Below are positions 1 to 13,493 of a stretch of DNA of 64,000 nucleotides, in pieces. A program made the translations under genes and the position numbers. How positions within the stretch are numbered: the first letter of the stretch is position 1; the number at the start of each line of letters is the position of its first letter. Source of the stretch: Trichinella spiralis (taxonomy: Eukaryota). The DNA lies in the NCBI RefSeq assembly GCF_000181795.1, contig NW_003526940.1, positions 540,336-604,335 on the forward strand. The letters are read 5' to 3'. The notes beneath the pieces were generated by a model. It searched no databases. It worked only from the letters and a program-made list of their open reading frames with translations, and was not told where the DNA came from.

Positions 1-298
1 TTGTAAAAATGGGAAGTGAAGAGTTGGCCCATTGGAATTTTTTTGTCCAAAGTGCCTTGTTCCAGTAACAAGAGAAGGGTGATTAGCCAGTAAAGCGCCC
101 GTTAAATTTTTACTTTTAGTTTTGGCAACCGTGTATTTGGGGTGAGGAAATTTTTTTTGGTTAAAAAATTTAATAAATCATTCCAATAGGGAAATTAAAA
201 TAAAAATTAACATTATTGTTAAAGATAGGACTACCAACATTTTTTATTTTTTAAGCAACATTTTTTCATCAACTAATTTTTCCAAAAATCATAATAGA

Positions 299-3200
299 TA
301 TATGATGGTCCAGAAGCCAACACCTCGTACCCAATGTTGGGCATGTTTTGTAGCAATGTAGTGCCAGAAAATTCTACAGTTATTACAACTGGAAATGAAG
401 CATTTGTGCGTTTTGTTGGCACCAAAAATAATGCTAATAGCCATAAAGATGCAAGAGGGTTTTTAGCAAAGTACGAGGCTGTTTGTGGAAGTAAATTACG
501 CGCCTCTTCAACTCGGCAATCTTTTGGATCTTTAAAGCACTTGGAATCTCAAGAGTGCGAATGGCTAATTGATACAGCAGAAGTTGGTAAGTTCTGTATG
601 TATAACTAAAAACGAAGCATTACCCATTTTCATCAACAGGTCAAAAAATCACACTGAATGTCGATTACTTGTCAAGATCGATGAGTTGTGAACTGAACTA
701 CATAGAAATTTTTGATGGTCCTGAGCCTAAAAATGAAACTTTATTAAGTCAATTGTGCGACGCATCAAAATCCTTATCATTTAAATCTAGCGGAAATTAT
801 TTATATTTGAAACTTCATTCCCATTTAACCATCAGTCCAACGACGGCAATGCGTTTCTCTTTCTCTTATTATTTATCAGATTCACGTAAGACATTAATTA
901 ATCACTCAATTTTAATTATATTACTTGCATATTAAATTTTGTTTAGAATGTGGAGGTGATTATTACTCTCTGTCGGGTCGCTTTAGTTCACCGTTATATC
1001 CAGATTTATATCCATCAAATGTTGACTGTGTTTGGCGAATTTTCAACTCATTGGGAAGTAGAGTGCGTTTAACATTTTTGTAAGTTTGTCATTTTTATTT
1101 AATTGTATTGGAACTTTGTTAAAATATATTTAAAATATTTTACATAAACATTATAAATTTAGAAGTTTTAAACTTGCTGAATCTGAATACTGTGAGAAAG
1201 ATTTTGTCGAAGTTCGAGAAAAAGATCAAGGGGGCCGACTTCTTGGCCGTTACTGTGGTGAACAATTTCCACCTTCAATAATTGGATGGGAGTCTGTTTG
1301 GATTCGATTCAGATCTTTACCTGACAGTTCTGAAGAAGGCTTTCAACTACATTATGAGTTATGTATGTCACATGCATAATCAGTTTTTTGTTTACTTTAT
1401 TTTTTATGTATTTAATAGTAATGGGTGGTGACCTCGAAGGTAAAGAAGGCAGGCTAACGTCACCGTTTTACAATTATAATTCTTTGTGGAATAGCGGAGA
1501 CTACATGCAACCTGAAATCATAAACATAAACGAAACTGAAATATATGATCAAGACAAAGAATATATTTGGTGGCGTATTTCAACAGAAGCTAATCTTGTC
1601 GTGGAAGCCACACTGTCCAACGTAATTTTAGAAAATTATTGGTGGCTTCATGGACTGAACATGTTAAATGAGGGCGAATATTTGCAAGTACAAATTACAG
1701 TAATTATGATTGTGCAACAGCCTATAGCATGATCCTTCTTTTAAGATTTATGATGGATTTTGTGATTTGACAGTTATATCCAAACCAGAAGATTGCACTC
1801 TGATTCAAAGTATAGAATATGCAACACCAAAAGTATCAGTGATGAGCAAAACAAATCATTTATCAGTTTTACTTCATCTTAAAATTGGAGGAACTCCAAA
1901 ATTCGAATTGAGCTGGAATAGCGCTATAGCTAATTTACAAGAAGATGAACTAGAAAGTAATTCAAAGCAGTTTTTAAATCCTTTTCTCAATTAATACTTT
2001 TATTTTCAACAGATTCTAACTGCAGATATCATTTGACTGCTACGAAAGAAAGGAAAAACATTACTTCACCTGGATTTCCACTTGAGTATTCACCAGCCAC
2101 AGAATGCACTTGGTGGATTAATCATCCAAAAAATTATTCCGTAATAATTGAAATAATTATGCTTGATATTGAAGCACATCCAAAATGCAGTTATGATGCA
2201 TTAGAGATTTTCCAAGGTAAAAAATTTACAAATTAATGCACTTATAACTTTTTATAACTTTGAACACAAATTGCAGTAGGATAGTATTAAACGTAATATC
2301 AGTGTATCAAACAACGTGCACCATTTTTGCTTACATTTTGAGAAGTTCATTTATACTTATTTAAAATCTTTTAAATTTAGCACCTTCAATGTGGTATGAA
2401 GATTTTCAACAAACGTACCAAATGAAATACTGTGGTCATCATGCTCCCAATGGTACTGAAACATACAGCCATGAATCAGAAGTACTGGTTCACTTTCATT
2501 CTGATCATTCTTTTGCTGGAAAAGGATTTGTAATGGAATACTGGTTAGGTAAAATTGCTAAGCATTATTTACTTTTAAATTTAAAATAACATTTAAATGT
2601 TTAGGTTGTGGATCCGTGTTCAGTTTGACTGACTCAGCGCAAATACTCACTAGTCCAAATTTCCCTGAATTTTATGAAAATAATCAACGTTGCAATTGGC
2701 TGGTTGTAGCAAAAACAGGTCGAGCAATAAAACTTCATATTGATATTTTGCAATTAGAAGACAGTGCAAATTGCACAAAGGATTATTTGCAAGTAACGTT
2801 TTGTTGACTACATTTTTCCTTCCCAAGTGTAATATAAACATATATACAAACACGCAGATATATAATGGACCAGAAAATGATTCTCCACTACTGGGACATT
2901 ATTGCGGTTCCTCATTATCTGGAGAACCGTTGACTAGTACATCTAATATACTTCGAGTTTTGTTTGTCTCTGACGAATTGGTGAACGCGGGAGGTTTCCT
3001 ACTGACAGTCGAGTAAAGCTGAAAATATTGGAAATTTTATCTGCTTTGCTACATAAAAATGAATATTTATAACATTTAGAGAAATGAAATTGGATTGCAG
3101 CAGTGATTCATTAGTATTAGTTGATGATGACAGTGTAGGAGAACTGTATTCACCTGGCTATCCGCACATATATCGGCACAGTATGGACTGCTTGTGGACA

Positions 3201-6200
3201 ATTCAATCACCCAGTGGAACGCGTATTCAATTTGATTTTGATCCAGACAGTTTTGATATTGAACAAGCGCCGATTTCAAGCGAAGTTGGGTAAAATATGT
3301 TTTATATCAAATCAAACAAACTGATACTGATGGAAAATTTATAGATGCATTTATGATTATGTCGAAATTCTTGACGGAGCCACAATAGCGGCTAACTCGC
3401 TGGGTCGATTCTGTGGCAACAAAGTACCTGAAACGATTCAATCTTCATCAAATTATATGACTGTTCGGTTTCTCAGTGATGAGTCAGCAGCTAAAGGTGG
3501 TTTTAAAGCAACTTATCGAATAGGTAGAGTAAAACAAAAATTACCTGCCATAAATAAAGCAACATTTTTTATCATGCAGCTAGGTGTGGAGGGACAGTAG
3601 TGGGACGACAGGGTGTGATCACTAGTCCAAATTATCCACACCACTATGAACATCTAAAAGAATGTGAATGGTATGTGCGAGTTCCCGAAGGAGGTTACGT
3701 CAACTTCACTTTTGCTGATCTGAATTTTGGTGGAGTTGGAAGACGAAACGCATCAGAATGTACTGCAGATTTTATAGAAATTAGAGAAAGTAATAAAACC
3801 GGTAAGAAATAAATTTTTGAAGCTTTGAAATTTAATGTTTTGTAAATCTTGATAGCTTGAATATGCTTTATCTAACTTCATTATGGATTTTAGGACCATT
3901 AATTGGACGATACTGTTCTGGAGCAGATAAGAACAAACATGGCCGAACGAAATCAAATTTAATGTATATAATGTTCAAAAGTGATGCATCATTAAATGGT
4001 CGAGGCTTTAAACTGCTTTATAACTACACTTCATATGGTATTGTTTAATTTCAAAGAGTGCAAAAATACGTATGTCCATCTTTTAGAATGTGGTGGTCAT
4101 TTAAATCAACCGAATGGTCAATTAATGACGCCACATTATCCTGATTTTCTGAGTGGTAGCCTATTCTGTGAATGGATAATTGAGGTGCCCTTAAGTCGAC
4201 GTGTCACTCTTACTTTTGAAGATTTTTCTCTTCCTGCTGGACTGATGCATTTTTGTTTTAATGCACATGTGACGGTATAATTTAAATGCATATGTTAGCT
4301 GATCAAAGATTACACTAAAATTAATTGTGCAACCGATTTTTTAAGCTATACAGTGATCCTGAAGCCATGAATCCAATTGTTGATGCAGCAATGTGCGGCG
4401 CAGATTACGAACTCCCAATGTCATTTCGATCTACAGGAAATGTGATGGTGGTGCGAATAGAAACAGAAACGGCATCTGATGCAAGGGGATTTCGCGCAAC
4501 ATATCACAGTGATGAGCCTGCAGGTAATCTCATGTTATCACAAACAAAAAAGTAAAACAACAAATAAGATATATATATATGTGCATTTAGAGTGTGGTGG
4601 CGTAATTAATTCACCAACTAGAATTGACTATTTCCCGAAAGAGAACAGTACCATTCCAAATGGAATTTACTGTCGATGGCATATTAAGAATCCAAATAAA
4701 AAAGATTCAACAATTGTATTGAAAATACACCATCTGAATATCCGATCACAAGATACCTGCTATTTCGACTATTTGGCAATTCAAGGTATTTTTAAAACGT
4801 GTTTCAAATACATGTTTGAATAACAAGTTGTATAATTGTTAGGTGTTTCCATTGCACTTGGAGTAGAGGATGAAAGAAAAAAATTATGTGGAGAACTTAG
4901 AGATGTAACTTTGACTTATTACTACAGGGAAATAGATTTATATTTTGTGTCTCGTTGGTATTCGTATTACATGACCAATTTTACAATGGACATTTCATTT
5001 TCCAGTAAGCTAATTTCAAGTAATATGCGCGCTGAATTTTATTCCATGTTTGCTTGCAGAATGTGGTGGTATATTAACAGCAACTGAAGGAATAATTACA
5101 AGTCCAGGTTATCCGCAAATTTACAATTATGATTCTCACTGTGAATGGCTCATTGTAGCACCACAAGGATTTGAAATAAAGGTACATTAAATTATTGTAA
5201 ATTATCATTTCAAAATTGCAAAATACTGATTGAGTTCATAATTTGAAAAATGCGTGCATATTTTAGATTGAATTCAAAGATATTCAACTGGAACATCATC
5301 AATTTTGCCAATATGATAATGTAACAGTTCACAATGGACGATTCACTTCTTCACCAATTGTCAGAACTTACTGTGATTCATATGATACAATTCCAGATAA
5401 TTATTTTGTATCGAGCAGTCGATTTTTATTAGTAGTTTTTCAGTCAGATAACGTGAATTCAAACCGAGGCTTCAAATTAGAATATAAAACAATATCACCT
5501 GGTGAGTGAGTATTCATTCATGCATAACTAACTGAAAGTGTTTTCAATTATGATACATCTTTCCAGCATAATAATAGATTTTTACATTTAGGTTGCGGAA
5601 ATGTTATTCATGGAGCGGAAGGTTATATTGTGAGTCCAAATTTTCCCAAAAATTATGGAAGCAATTTGTATTGTCGTTGGGAAATTATTGTTCCAAATGC
5701 ATTCCACGTGAAACTTCATTTCGTTATTTTCGACGTTTCACCTTCAGAAAACTGCACCAAAGATTTCTTGGTGGTAACAAAACAGATTCTTTCAAATAAA
5801 ACATAAATTGTAAAATGTGAATTATACAATTAATTTTTCTATAAAAAAAATATTTCTCCGTCCTTATTTTTTATTTTCTCCATTTTCTAAAATTCCATTT
5901 TTTTGTAATGATGTTAGATTGAAGAAACCCAAAATAGAACAGCATCGATTTTTGATCATTCCTGGTCAGTGTCGAGAAGACTGTGCGGTTACGCTGTTGA
6001 GGGTCCATTTGTGGGAAAGAACGATCGGGTGCGAATTACTTTTCAAAGTGACGCTTCAATCGAATCGACAGGTTTTAATATTTCATGGACATCAGGTATG
6101 CAAAAAAACAACGCATAAAAAAACAGTTCCACAGCTACTGTATGTGTATTCTGTTTCAGACTGCGGAGGAGTTTACAAAGATCCAAAGGGTATCATTAGT

Positions 6201-6791
6201 TCTCCCTATTATCCAAACGATTATGGAAACAACATGCACTGCGAATATATCATCGATCCAATTCATTCAAATGAATATTACGTGTATTTGCAATTTACTC
6301 ACTTTCAGCTGGAAGGTAACAACAACAACAACAACAACAAACTATATTTCAAATTCGAACAGACATACATATTTATATCATTATGATTAGAAACTGGCTA
6401 TGTGGACAATTGTCTGGATTATGTAGAAGTAACTTCACTTACCGAAGGCAATGTACTGTTGAATACATGTGGCCAAGTAATTCCCGAGAGGGTAAATGGT
6501 GTTGGGCCTTTGAAGGTGATTTTCCACTCTGATTCTCTGGTTACAAACGTTGGGTTTTCGGCTCAATATGGATCAACGGGTAACTTTAAAAAAAAAAAAA
6601 CACATATCTTAATTGTAAATTTTCCATCACAGCATATGCAATTTGTTTTGAAATTCAGTTGTGGAGGAACGTTCAATCTCAGCAGTGATGAATTTTTTTC
6701 ACCAATGTTCGGAATTGGCTCTATTCCTTTTCCTCCATATCACATCAATGAAACTGCACCTGGCTCATCAATGCTCCGAAAGGAACCTTGA
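299..6791 (+). CDS. CUBN: Cubilin, internal part (about 12 complete and 2 partial CUB domains); multi-exon, 5' end outside the window, 3' end truncated
   Basis: Successive short exons encode repeated CUB signatures (CGG...SP.YP..Y....C.W.I, C.YDY.EI.DG, G.YCG, F.SD.....GF) separated by GT-AG introns of roughly 50-180 nt. A Cys-less CUB at 1420 and a 'DCSSDSLVLVDDDSVGELYSPGYP...TRIQFDF' domain three repeats later match the order of cubilin CUB13 and CUB16 as I recall them. Confidence 0.85.
6318..6340 (+). repeat. (AAC)n microsatellite in a cubilin intron
   Basis: aacaacaacaacaacaacaacaa directly after a GT donor. Confidence 0.9.
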
Positions 6792-8258
6792 TGTTTCAGT
6801 AAATTTCTATGTCTGGGATTTTCTTACTTCTTTTTCAGAGCTGGTGTTCTATCATTTATTTCATCTACTTTNNNNNNNNNNTAAATGGAATATTTGAACC
6901 AATGAAATTAAAAAATTAAAATTTGAAACTTATGTTTCCAACTGTATGATATTTAATTATTGCATTTATTAGTTATCAACATGCTTCTCGTCAGTGCTAC
7001 ATATGTTAAACGTAGCATTATTAAATGCAAAAAATGCATTTTCAAAGTATGAACAATATTCTAATTCATATGTAATTTTGAATAACATTTCATTTCAACA
7101 TGCTTTACCGTATAAATATGTTACATCTTTGCAGGGACATTCAATACTCAGTGTTGATGAAGATTTGGAGCCAATGTAATTGAATTTCTAATTAATAAAC
7201 CGCGATGCGATTTCACATTTATCGTCTTTAACTGGGACAATTTCAAAGTGCAGCGAAGAGGAAGATTCAGAAACACTACGAATGAATATGCAACCAGTAA
7301 TAGTAGATCAAATTTGCAGTCTTACAGCAGATTCAGCGAAGAGTCATATTGAAATCATATAACTGGGAAAGAAACAAAACAATGCCTATAGCATTAAAAC
7401 AACATGTTATTCCTTCCTCTTCATTATTATATATATATGCGCTCCTCGGACCTAATTTTGATGTTGTATAACAAATAGGTATAGTAATAAGATTGCATCA
7501 GTGAAATAATAATGGTTGGGGATGATGTTATTTCTTCGTATTTTTTTCTTGATTTCGGTCCTTATCTTCTAAATAAACATTATTCATTCTTGTAATAATT
7601 GATCATTAATTAATAATAAATTATTAATTCTTGTGTTACCGGTGCATTTGCTATATTTTTGAAAATTCCTTCGTAGGTCAAGTGCAATTTGAACTTCCAA
7701 CGGTCAAATGGGGTACAAAATGTACCCCAAAGAGTTTCTGCAATTGCGTTTCTATTTTTGAAAAACAATTTTTATTAATTTATTGCACATAAATGATTAT
7801 AATTGTCAGAAAATCAAATTAGTTCAGGCGTCATTTCTACAAACTTCACATTTATATAATGTTTTCCTGATTGCATGCNNNNNNNNNNNNNNNNNNNNNN
7901 NNNNNNNNNNNNNNNNNNNNNNNNNNNNNNNNNNNNNNNNNNNNNNNNNNNNNNNNNNNNNNNNNNNNNNNNNNNNNNNNNNNNNNNNNNNNNNNNNNNN
8001 NNNNNNNNNNNNNNNNNNNNNNNNNNNNNNNNNNNNNNNNNNNNNNNNNNNNNNNNNNNNNNNNNNNNNNNNNNNNNNNNNNNNNNNNNNNNNNNNNNNN
8101 NNNNNNNNNNNNNNNNNNNNNNNNNNNNNNNNNNNNNNNNNNNNNNNNNNNNNNNNNNNNNNNNNNNNNNNNNNNNNNNNNNNNNNNNNNNNNNNNNNNN
8201 NNNNNNNNNNNNNNNNNNNNNNNNNNNNNNNNNNNNNNNNNNNNNNNNNNNNNNNNNN

Positions 8259-8712
8259 CCAATATCTTTTAGCCGAACATAGCAAACAGATTACTGGCAC
8301 CAGCTTACTTCGCCACAATGGCATGGATGGTAAAATGCTATTCATATCATTGAGGGTACAATCTTGAATGTACCATCCGTACCCCAAGTTTTTACGGTTG
8401 CCATCAGTCCATATAGGCCATGTGCTCATCTACCCGGCAATTTTGAACGTGATCTTTTCGATCAATCCCAGCCGGAAACTTCTAAAATCTGTCCACACTG
8501 CACCCCCGCCGCCTTCTTTATCCTATACCAATATAAAGTAATTGTTAATAACTAGGGAACACATGCTGTACATTCAGCGCATACTTTTGAACATCTCCAA
8601 TATTTCTGTTTGCGGGCACGTTTTAATTTATATATCCTGCCTACCATACCACCGAATTGGACTAAATCCCGCAATGATTTGGTACAAGATGTAACTCAGG
8701 GTACTGAGCAAT
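8259..8712 (-). mobile_element. Degenerate Mutator-like (MULE) transposase remnant with an N-terminal FLYWCH-like domain
   Basis: Minus-strand frames give VPELHLVPNHCG, GRIYKLKRARKQKYWRCSK (FLYWCH-like) and TWGTDGTFKIVP / EQHFTIHAIVA / KLVPV (MULE 'DGTF' motif), with frameshifts. The remnant runs into an N-gap. Confidence 0.75.
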
Positions 8713-10956
8713 AACAAGGAACAGAATAGAAAATGATTCGAATAACTCTGGAACGGAAAGCACTGAACGCAAATGCAACACCAAAAGTAAAAATAAATTG
8801 TACAGTTTTGAATTTCATGTTAAATAACCATTTTGCAACAATATTTAGTTTTCATTTTATATTTTATCTACAATCGAAGATCAACTTCTGATATTCCTTG
8901 TAGCACTAATGCTTTTTGTTGATACTGACAGAATAAAATTAATCACACACAAATGGCGCACGAATGCTAACATCAAAGAACGTGATGTCCACAGCAGAGT
9001 GAATTTGAAGCAGCTTTTAACTGCTATTCTGCTTTGTGCTGTCTTTCGCTTCCTTTTTGCTTTCAAAGTGTTTTACACTCATTTATCTGAGTTCATCAGA
9101 TAAATGACGTTTCAGCTAGCAATTAAATGAAATTTATGCATTAAATGCTTTTTCGTTTGTCAGAAAATATTCTGATGATTAGCTAAAGGCGATTGTAATA
9201 CAATGGAAAAATCAACAAGTGATGAATTGTCCACAGCTGCAGTTGTCAGCTTAAACTATGCATGGCAATTTGTTAGCATCGAATTACATTTTTGATTTCC
9301 GTCTGACTGTTCTATGAAAATCTTTCTTGTTAGCAATCAAAGAATTTTATTTTCAACTTCAGAAAGTTTTGACTTCTTTCATCAGTGTTATTGTTTAAAG
9401 TCGTATATTTTATTTAAATAGAAAATTAAAAATCTGCAATATTATTTACAAGTCAAAAAACAAATTTATTTATATATTTCGTGTAAATTGTAAACTTTAT
9501 ATTTCAACATCTGAACAAACCGAGTAGTGCGTTGGTGAACACTTAAATTGCCATCTGTTTTCATTTCCATTTGCAAGCTTTCAATGTATATTTCAATGAT
9601 AACAAAATATTTAAACATTCCGCATCAAAAGCAGTGCCTATGATGTAGCTGATCTGTTTGATGTTGCATTTCAAATTACATGGAATTTGGCAAGAATTAC
9701 TATGCACTTATCCATTATTTTACCGTTTAATTGACTACAGGGAATTTTTTTCGGCCAAAATCTTACGCACTTAACCAAGTTCGACTGTATTTTATATGAA
9801 ATGTATGAACGTCAAACAGGATTTTTCATACAAACAGCAAACCTCATCGACATGTTTAAAATACATATATGGATGTTTTGTAACAAAAGAAACTTTGTAA
9901 ATATTAAAGTAAAATTCTTAGATTGTAGACAAGAAGATTTAAATAGAGCACTCCCAGTAAATCAGAAATTAATTAGATGCTACAACTTTAGTAGTGTCAC
10001 TGCATGATTAGCTGGGCAGCTGCAACTGTGAGCAATTTGTTCAATTGTGCAATTTTTCCNNNNNNNNNNNNNNNNNNNNNNNNNNNNNNNNNNNNNNNNN
10101 NNNNNNNNNNNNNNNNNNNNNNNNNNNNNNNNNNNNNNNNNNNNNNNNNNNNNNNNNNNNNNNNNNNNNNNNNNNNNNNNNNNNNNNNNNNNNNNNNNNN
10201 NNNNNNNNNNNNNNNNNNNNNNNNNNNNNNNNNNNNNNNNNNNNNNNNNNNNNNNNNNNNNNNNNNNNNNNNNNNNNNNNNNNNNNNNNNNNNNNNNNNN
10301 NNNNNNNNNNNNNNNNNNNNNNNNNNNNNNNNNNNNNNNNNNNNNNNNNNNNNNNNNNNNNNNNNNNNNNNNNNNNNNNNNNNNNNNNNNNNNNNNNNNN
10401 NNNNNNNNNNNNNNNNNNNNNNNNNNNNNNNNNNNNNNNNNNNNNNNNNNNNNNNNNNNNNNNNNNNNNNNNNNNNNNNNNNNNNNNNNNNNNNNNNNNN
10501 NNNNNNNNNNNNNNNNNNNNNNNNNNNNNNNNNNNNNNNNNNNNNNNNNNNNNNNNNNNNNNNNNNNNNNNNNNNNNNNNNNNNNNNNNNNNNNNNNNNN
10601 NNNNNNNNNNNNNNNNNNNNNNNNNNNNNNNNNNNNNNNNNNNNNNNNNNNNNNNNNNNNNNNNNNNNNNNNNNNNNNNNNNNNNNNNNNNNNNNNNNNN
10701 NNNNNNNNNNNNNNNNNNNNNNNNNNNNNNNNNNNNNNNNNNNNNNNNNNNNNNNNNNNNNNNNNNNNNNNNNNNNNNNNNNNNNNNNNNNNNNNNNNNN
10801 NNNNNNNNNNNNNNNNNNNNNNNNNNNNNNNNNNNNNNNNNNNNNNNNNNNNNNNNNNNNNNNNNNNNNNNNNNNNNNNNNNNNNNNNNNNNNNNNNNNN
10901 NNNNNNNNNNNNNNNNNNNNNNNNNNNNNNNNNNNNNNNNNNNNNNNNNNNNNNNN

Positions 10957-12550
10957 GTTCGGGTGATATTGTTTGGAGGAGGGACATATATTGGAACTTG
11001 GTAGAGTCGACTCTCTATGGGCAGTCTTGATCTCGTGTCCTATTCTCCATCTAGTAGGACATGAAGAATAGTCAGATGGGCAGCCTTGTGTTTGAAGGAT
11101 ATGCACTCCATCGTTGCATCTTGGCGATATTACATATTCATCCAGTACAAGCCTTTCTTCCTTTTCATCATGTCCAAAGGGGAACGAATTGTCGGCAAAC
11201 CAGATGATGTATCTTCAAGTCCGCTTGGCCAAAGTGGAAGGAGTGGGGGCCAAACCAGATGATGTATCTTCAAGTCCGCTTGACCAAAGTGGAACGAATT
11301 GGTGGCAAACGAGATGATGTATCTTCAAGTCCGCTTATTCAAACAGTATCGAGACGCCTTCCATTTTTTTTTGGAAAAACATCATCAGAGTATGCATGTA
11401 CAGGCAAACAGCCGCACATCCACAGCAGTTTGAAACCGCCTGAAATATTAGCAGCTGGCAGAGTAGGTTTTATCATCTGCTTCTGGCTTGCTTCCCGTAG
11501 CTGGCGATCAACATGGTGCGCGTGCATGAACGCGGCGGTGAGAGTTCTACTCCACTTTCGACCTCATCCAACAACCGCGCCAGATCGGCGCGAAATCGAA
11601 ATGCTTATTGCCGACTTTTTAATGAATTTGCCTGAAGAATTATTTCTTACATCATCGATGAATATTTTTGGCCTCGTAAATATACTCTTTTTATGAGGTA
11701 CCAACACGAATTATTTCAGCCAGCTGCCAGATGCGCTTTCAGTTCAGAACAAAATGTGGTCAAGTGCTGTCACTCAACTTTGGAGAATGTTCGAAGCAAC
11801 CTGATCACAGCACCCTGGCAAGCGAAACACATGTGCTTCAATTCAGTGCTGTAACCACTTGAAAGAGACGTATTCACGTGGACAACCGCACATGTTTTAT
11901 GGACTCTGAAGCTATTCTGTGCTGTTGTGACGTACCGCTGCAGCGATTCCTTTTTCTGCTTTGACATGCGGCATTTTGTCACAGCACCTAGTCCCTGACT
12001 CGTTTATGGTAACTGAAGAGCGCTTTGAAACTCTTTTGAAATATTACCTTTGTACCCTAACGGCGCATTTGACTACTTGAATCGTTTTGAATTCTGTATT
12101 TTGTTTACTGTTACTTTTTGATATTTATTAAATGTATTATTTTGATATTTCGATATTTTTTCCTTTGTTCAAGTGACTTATGTTCAATTTACTGATCTGT
12201 GTTCTGTTACTAGTAGAGTAAATGCTGGTGTATATTTTATTATCTTTGAAAACCGTAGAGAATTGTGGTTTTCGATTATAATTGACTTGTACAGTCAATA
12301 TTCCTGCTAGTGGCCAATTAAGGCCTGTTCTTGCTGCAGTAATAAAACTTCCAATTTCATGGTGTGAATTGGATACAATCCCTTTATTTAAGTTTTTTTA
12401 CAGTAATATTTTCCATTAGCATTTGCGTAAGATAAAGAATATTGGATGATTAAATCAAAAAATTCTTTTTCAGTATTTATTTATTCATCCAATATTTCCT
12501 ATGAGAATTTGAATATTTTTTCGAAAAATGAATTTTGCATTATTTCAATT
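10957..12550 (+). mobile_element. Internally deleted BEL/Pao LTR-retrotransposon segment plus AT-rich flank; inverted copy of ~30025-31720
   Basis: Reverse-complement match to 30025-31720; the 70-aa ORFs at 11770-11982(-) and 30611-30823(+) differ by one residue. Degenerate RT motifs (MYLQVRL, YRDAFHFFW) are present. Confidence 0.75.
11180..11337 (+). repeat. 55-bp tandem minisatellite, ~3 copies
   Basis: (c/g)agatgatgtatcttcaagtccgctt recurs at 11201, 11256 and 11311. Confidence 0.9.
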
Positions 12551-12867
12551 TTGCAATAGTATTAAATCTCGACACGAATGTTCTTCAATAAAAGTAAATG
12601 GAGAGAAGAAGCAACATTCACTGTGAAGAAGTTCTGTGCATCATTCATTCAGCTTTATGAATGAAGATAAAGAACAATAATTTCATAGTTTTAAAATAAT
12701 GCATTTTTGTCGACGGTTTTAAAAGAAAAATGGAACCGCACCTTACAAACCTACAGCATGAGTTTTTTCACTATTTTCTTGATTCTTTAAAATTTTTTAA
12801 ATATTATTCTTATTCTTTTTCTTATTCTTTCTTTCTTTCTTATTCTTGTTCATATAAACTTATATTC

Positions 12868-13493
12868 TTTAAAGTATAAATAAACACAGACATGGAGATT
12901 CAAGATTAATTTGTGAATTATGATTTTTTTGAAACGAATGTCACATGAAAAATAACCTCTTTTGTATTTATATTTTTCGCTAATTTCTTCTTCGTCTTAT
13001 TTTCTCTTATTTTTTAAATTTGATTTTCTATCAACATAATCATACTCTGATCTACGAGACAGAGGATGAATACGAATGAAGCTGTAAATTTTTTTTGCAT
13101 TTATGACAATAGACAAATGTATGTCCTTATACAATACCTACTATCACTAGCATTAATAGTAATGTTGATGATAATTTATACATAACAAAATGAGTAATAA
13201 GTAAACAATTGAAAAAGGAATAACAAAAGCAGTTGAATTGTAATGTGCAAAATTCAGTAAAATCACTCATCATTATAATTATTCATAAATTGCAATAATG
13301 AATAATTATACTCATTCAACAATAAGAAAATTTTCTAAATTTAATTACTGTCCTTTTTATTTATTAAGATATGTTCAAAGCTGTGCATGAAAACCGCCGT
13401 GGTAAATTTTTTCACAATTCACAATCATTTTTAACGTTAATGAGCTGCAAATTAATCTTGAATCTCTATGTCAGTGTTTATTTATATTTTAAA
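12868..13493. mobile_element. MITE-like element with 46-bp terminal inverted repeats
   Basis: 12868-12913 (tttaaagtataaataaacacagacatggagattcaagattaatttg) is the reverse complement of 13448-13493 with 3 mismatches; the interior is AT-rich and non-coding. Confidence 0.6.

Noticed and set aside
1..298. Possible cubilin exon at the window start
   Set aside because: Homopolymer-rich sequence with no clean frame; looks like low-quality read end.
7136..7362. Coding-like stretch GHSILSVDEDLEP...DAISHLSSLTG...HIEII
   Set aside because: Two in-frame stops and no recognisable family; cannot be supported as a gene.
7783..11106. Long ORFs in the track spanning 7.8-8.4 kb and 10-11.1 kb
   Set aside because: They consist of X residues translated from N-gaps and are artefacts.
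11180..11337. CRISPR-like appearance of the 55-bp repeats
   Set aside because: The 'spacers' are homologous to each other, the context is eukaryotic and no cas genes are present; it is a tandem repeat.
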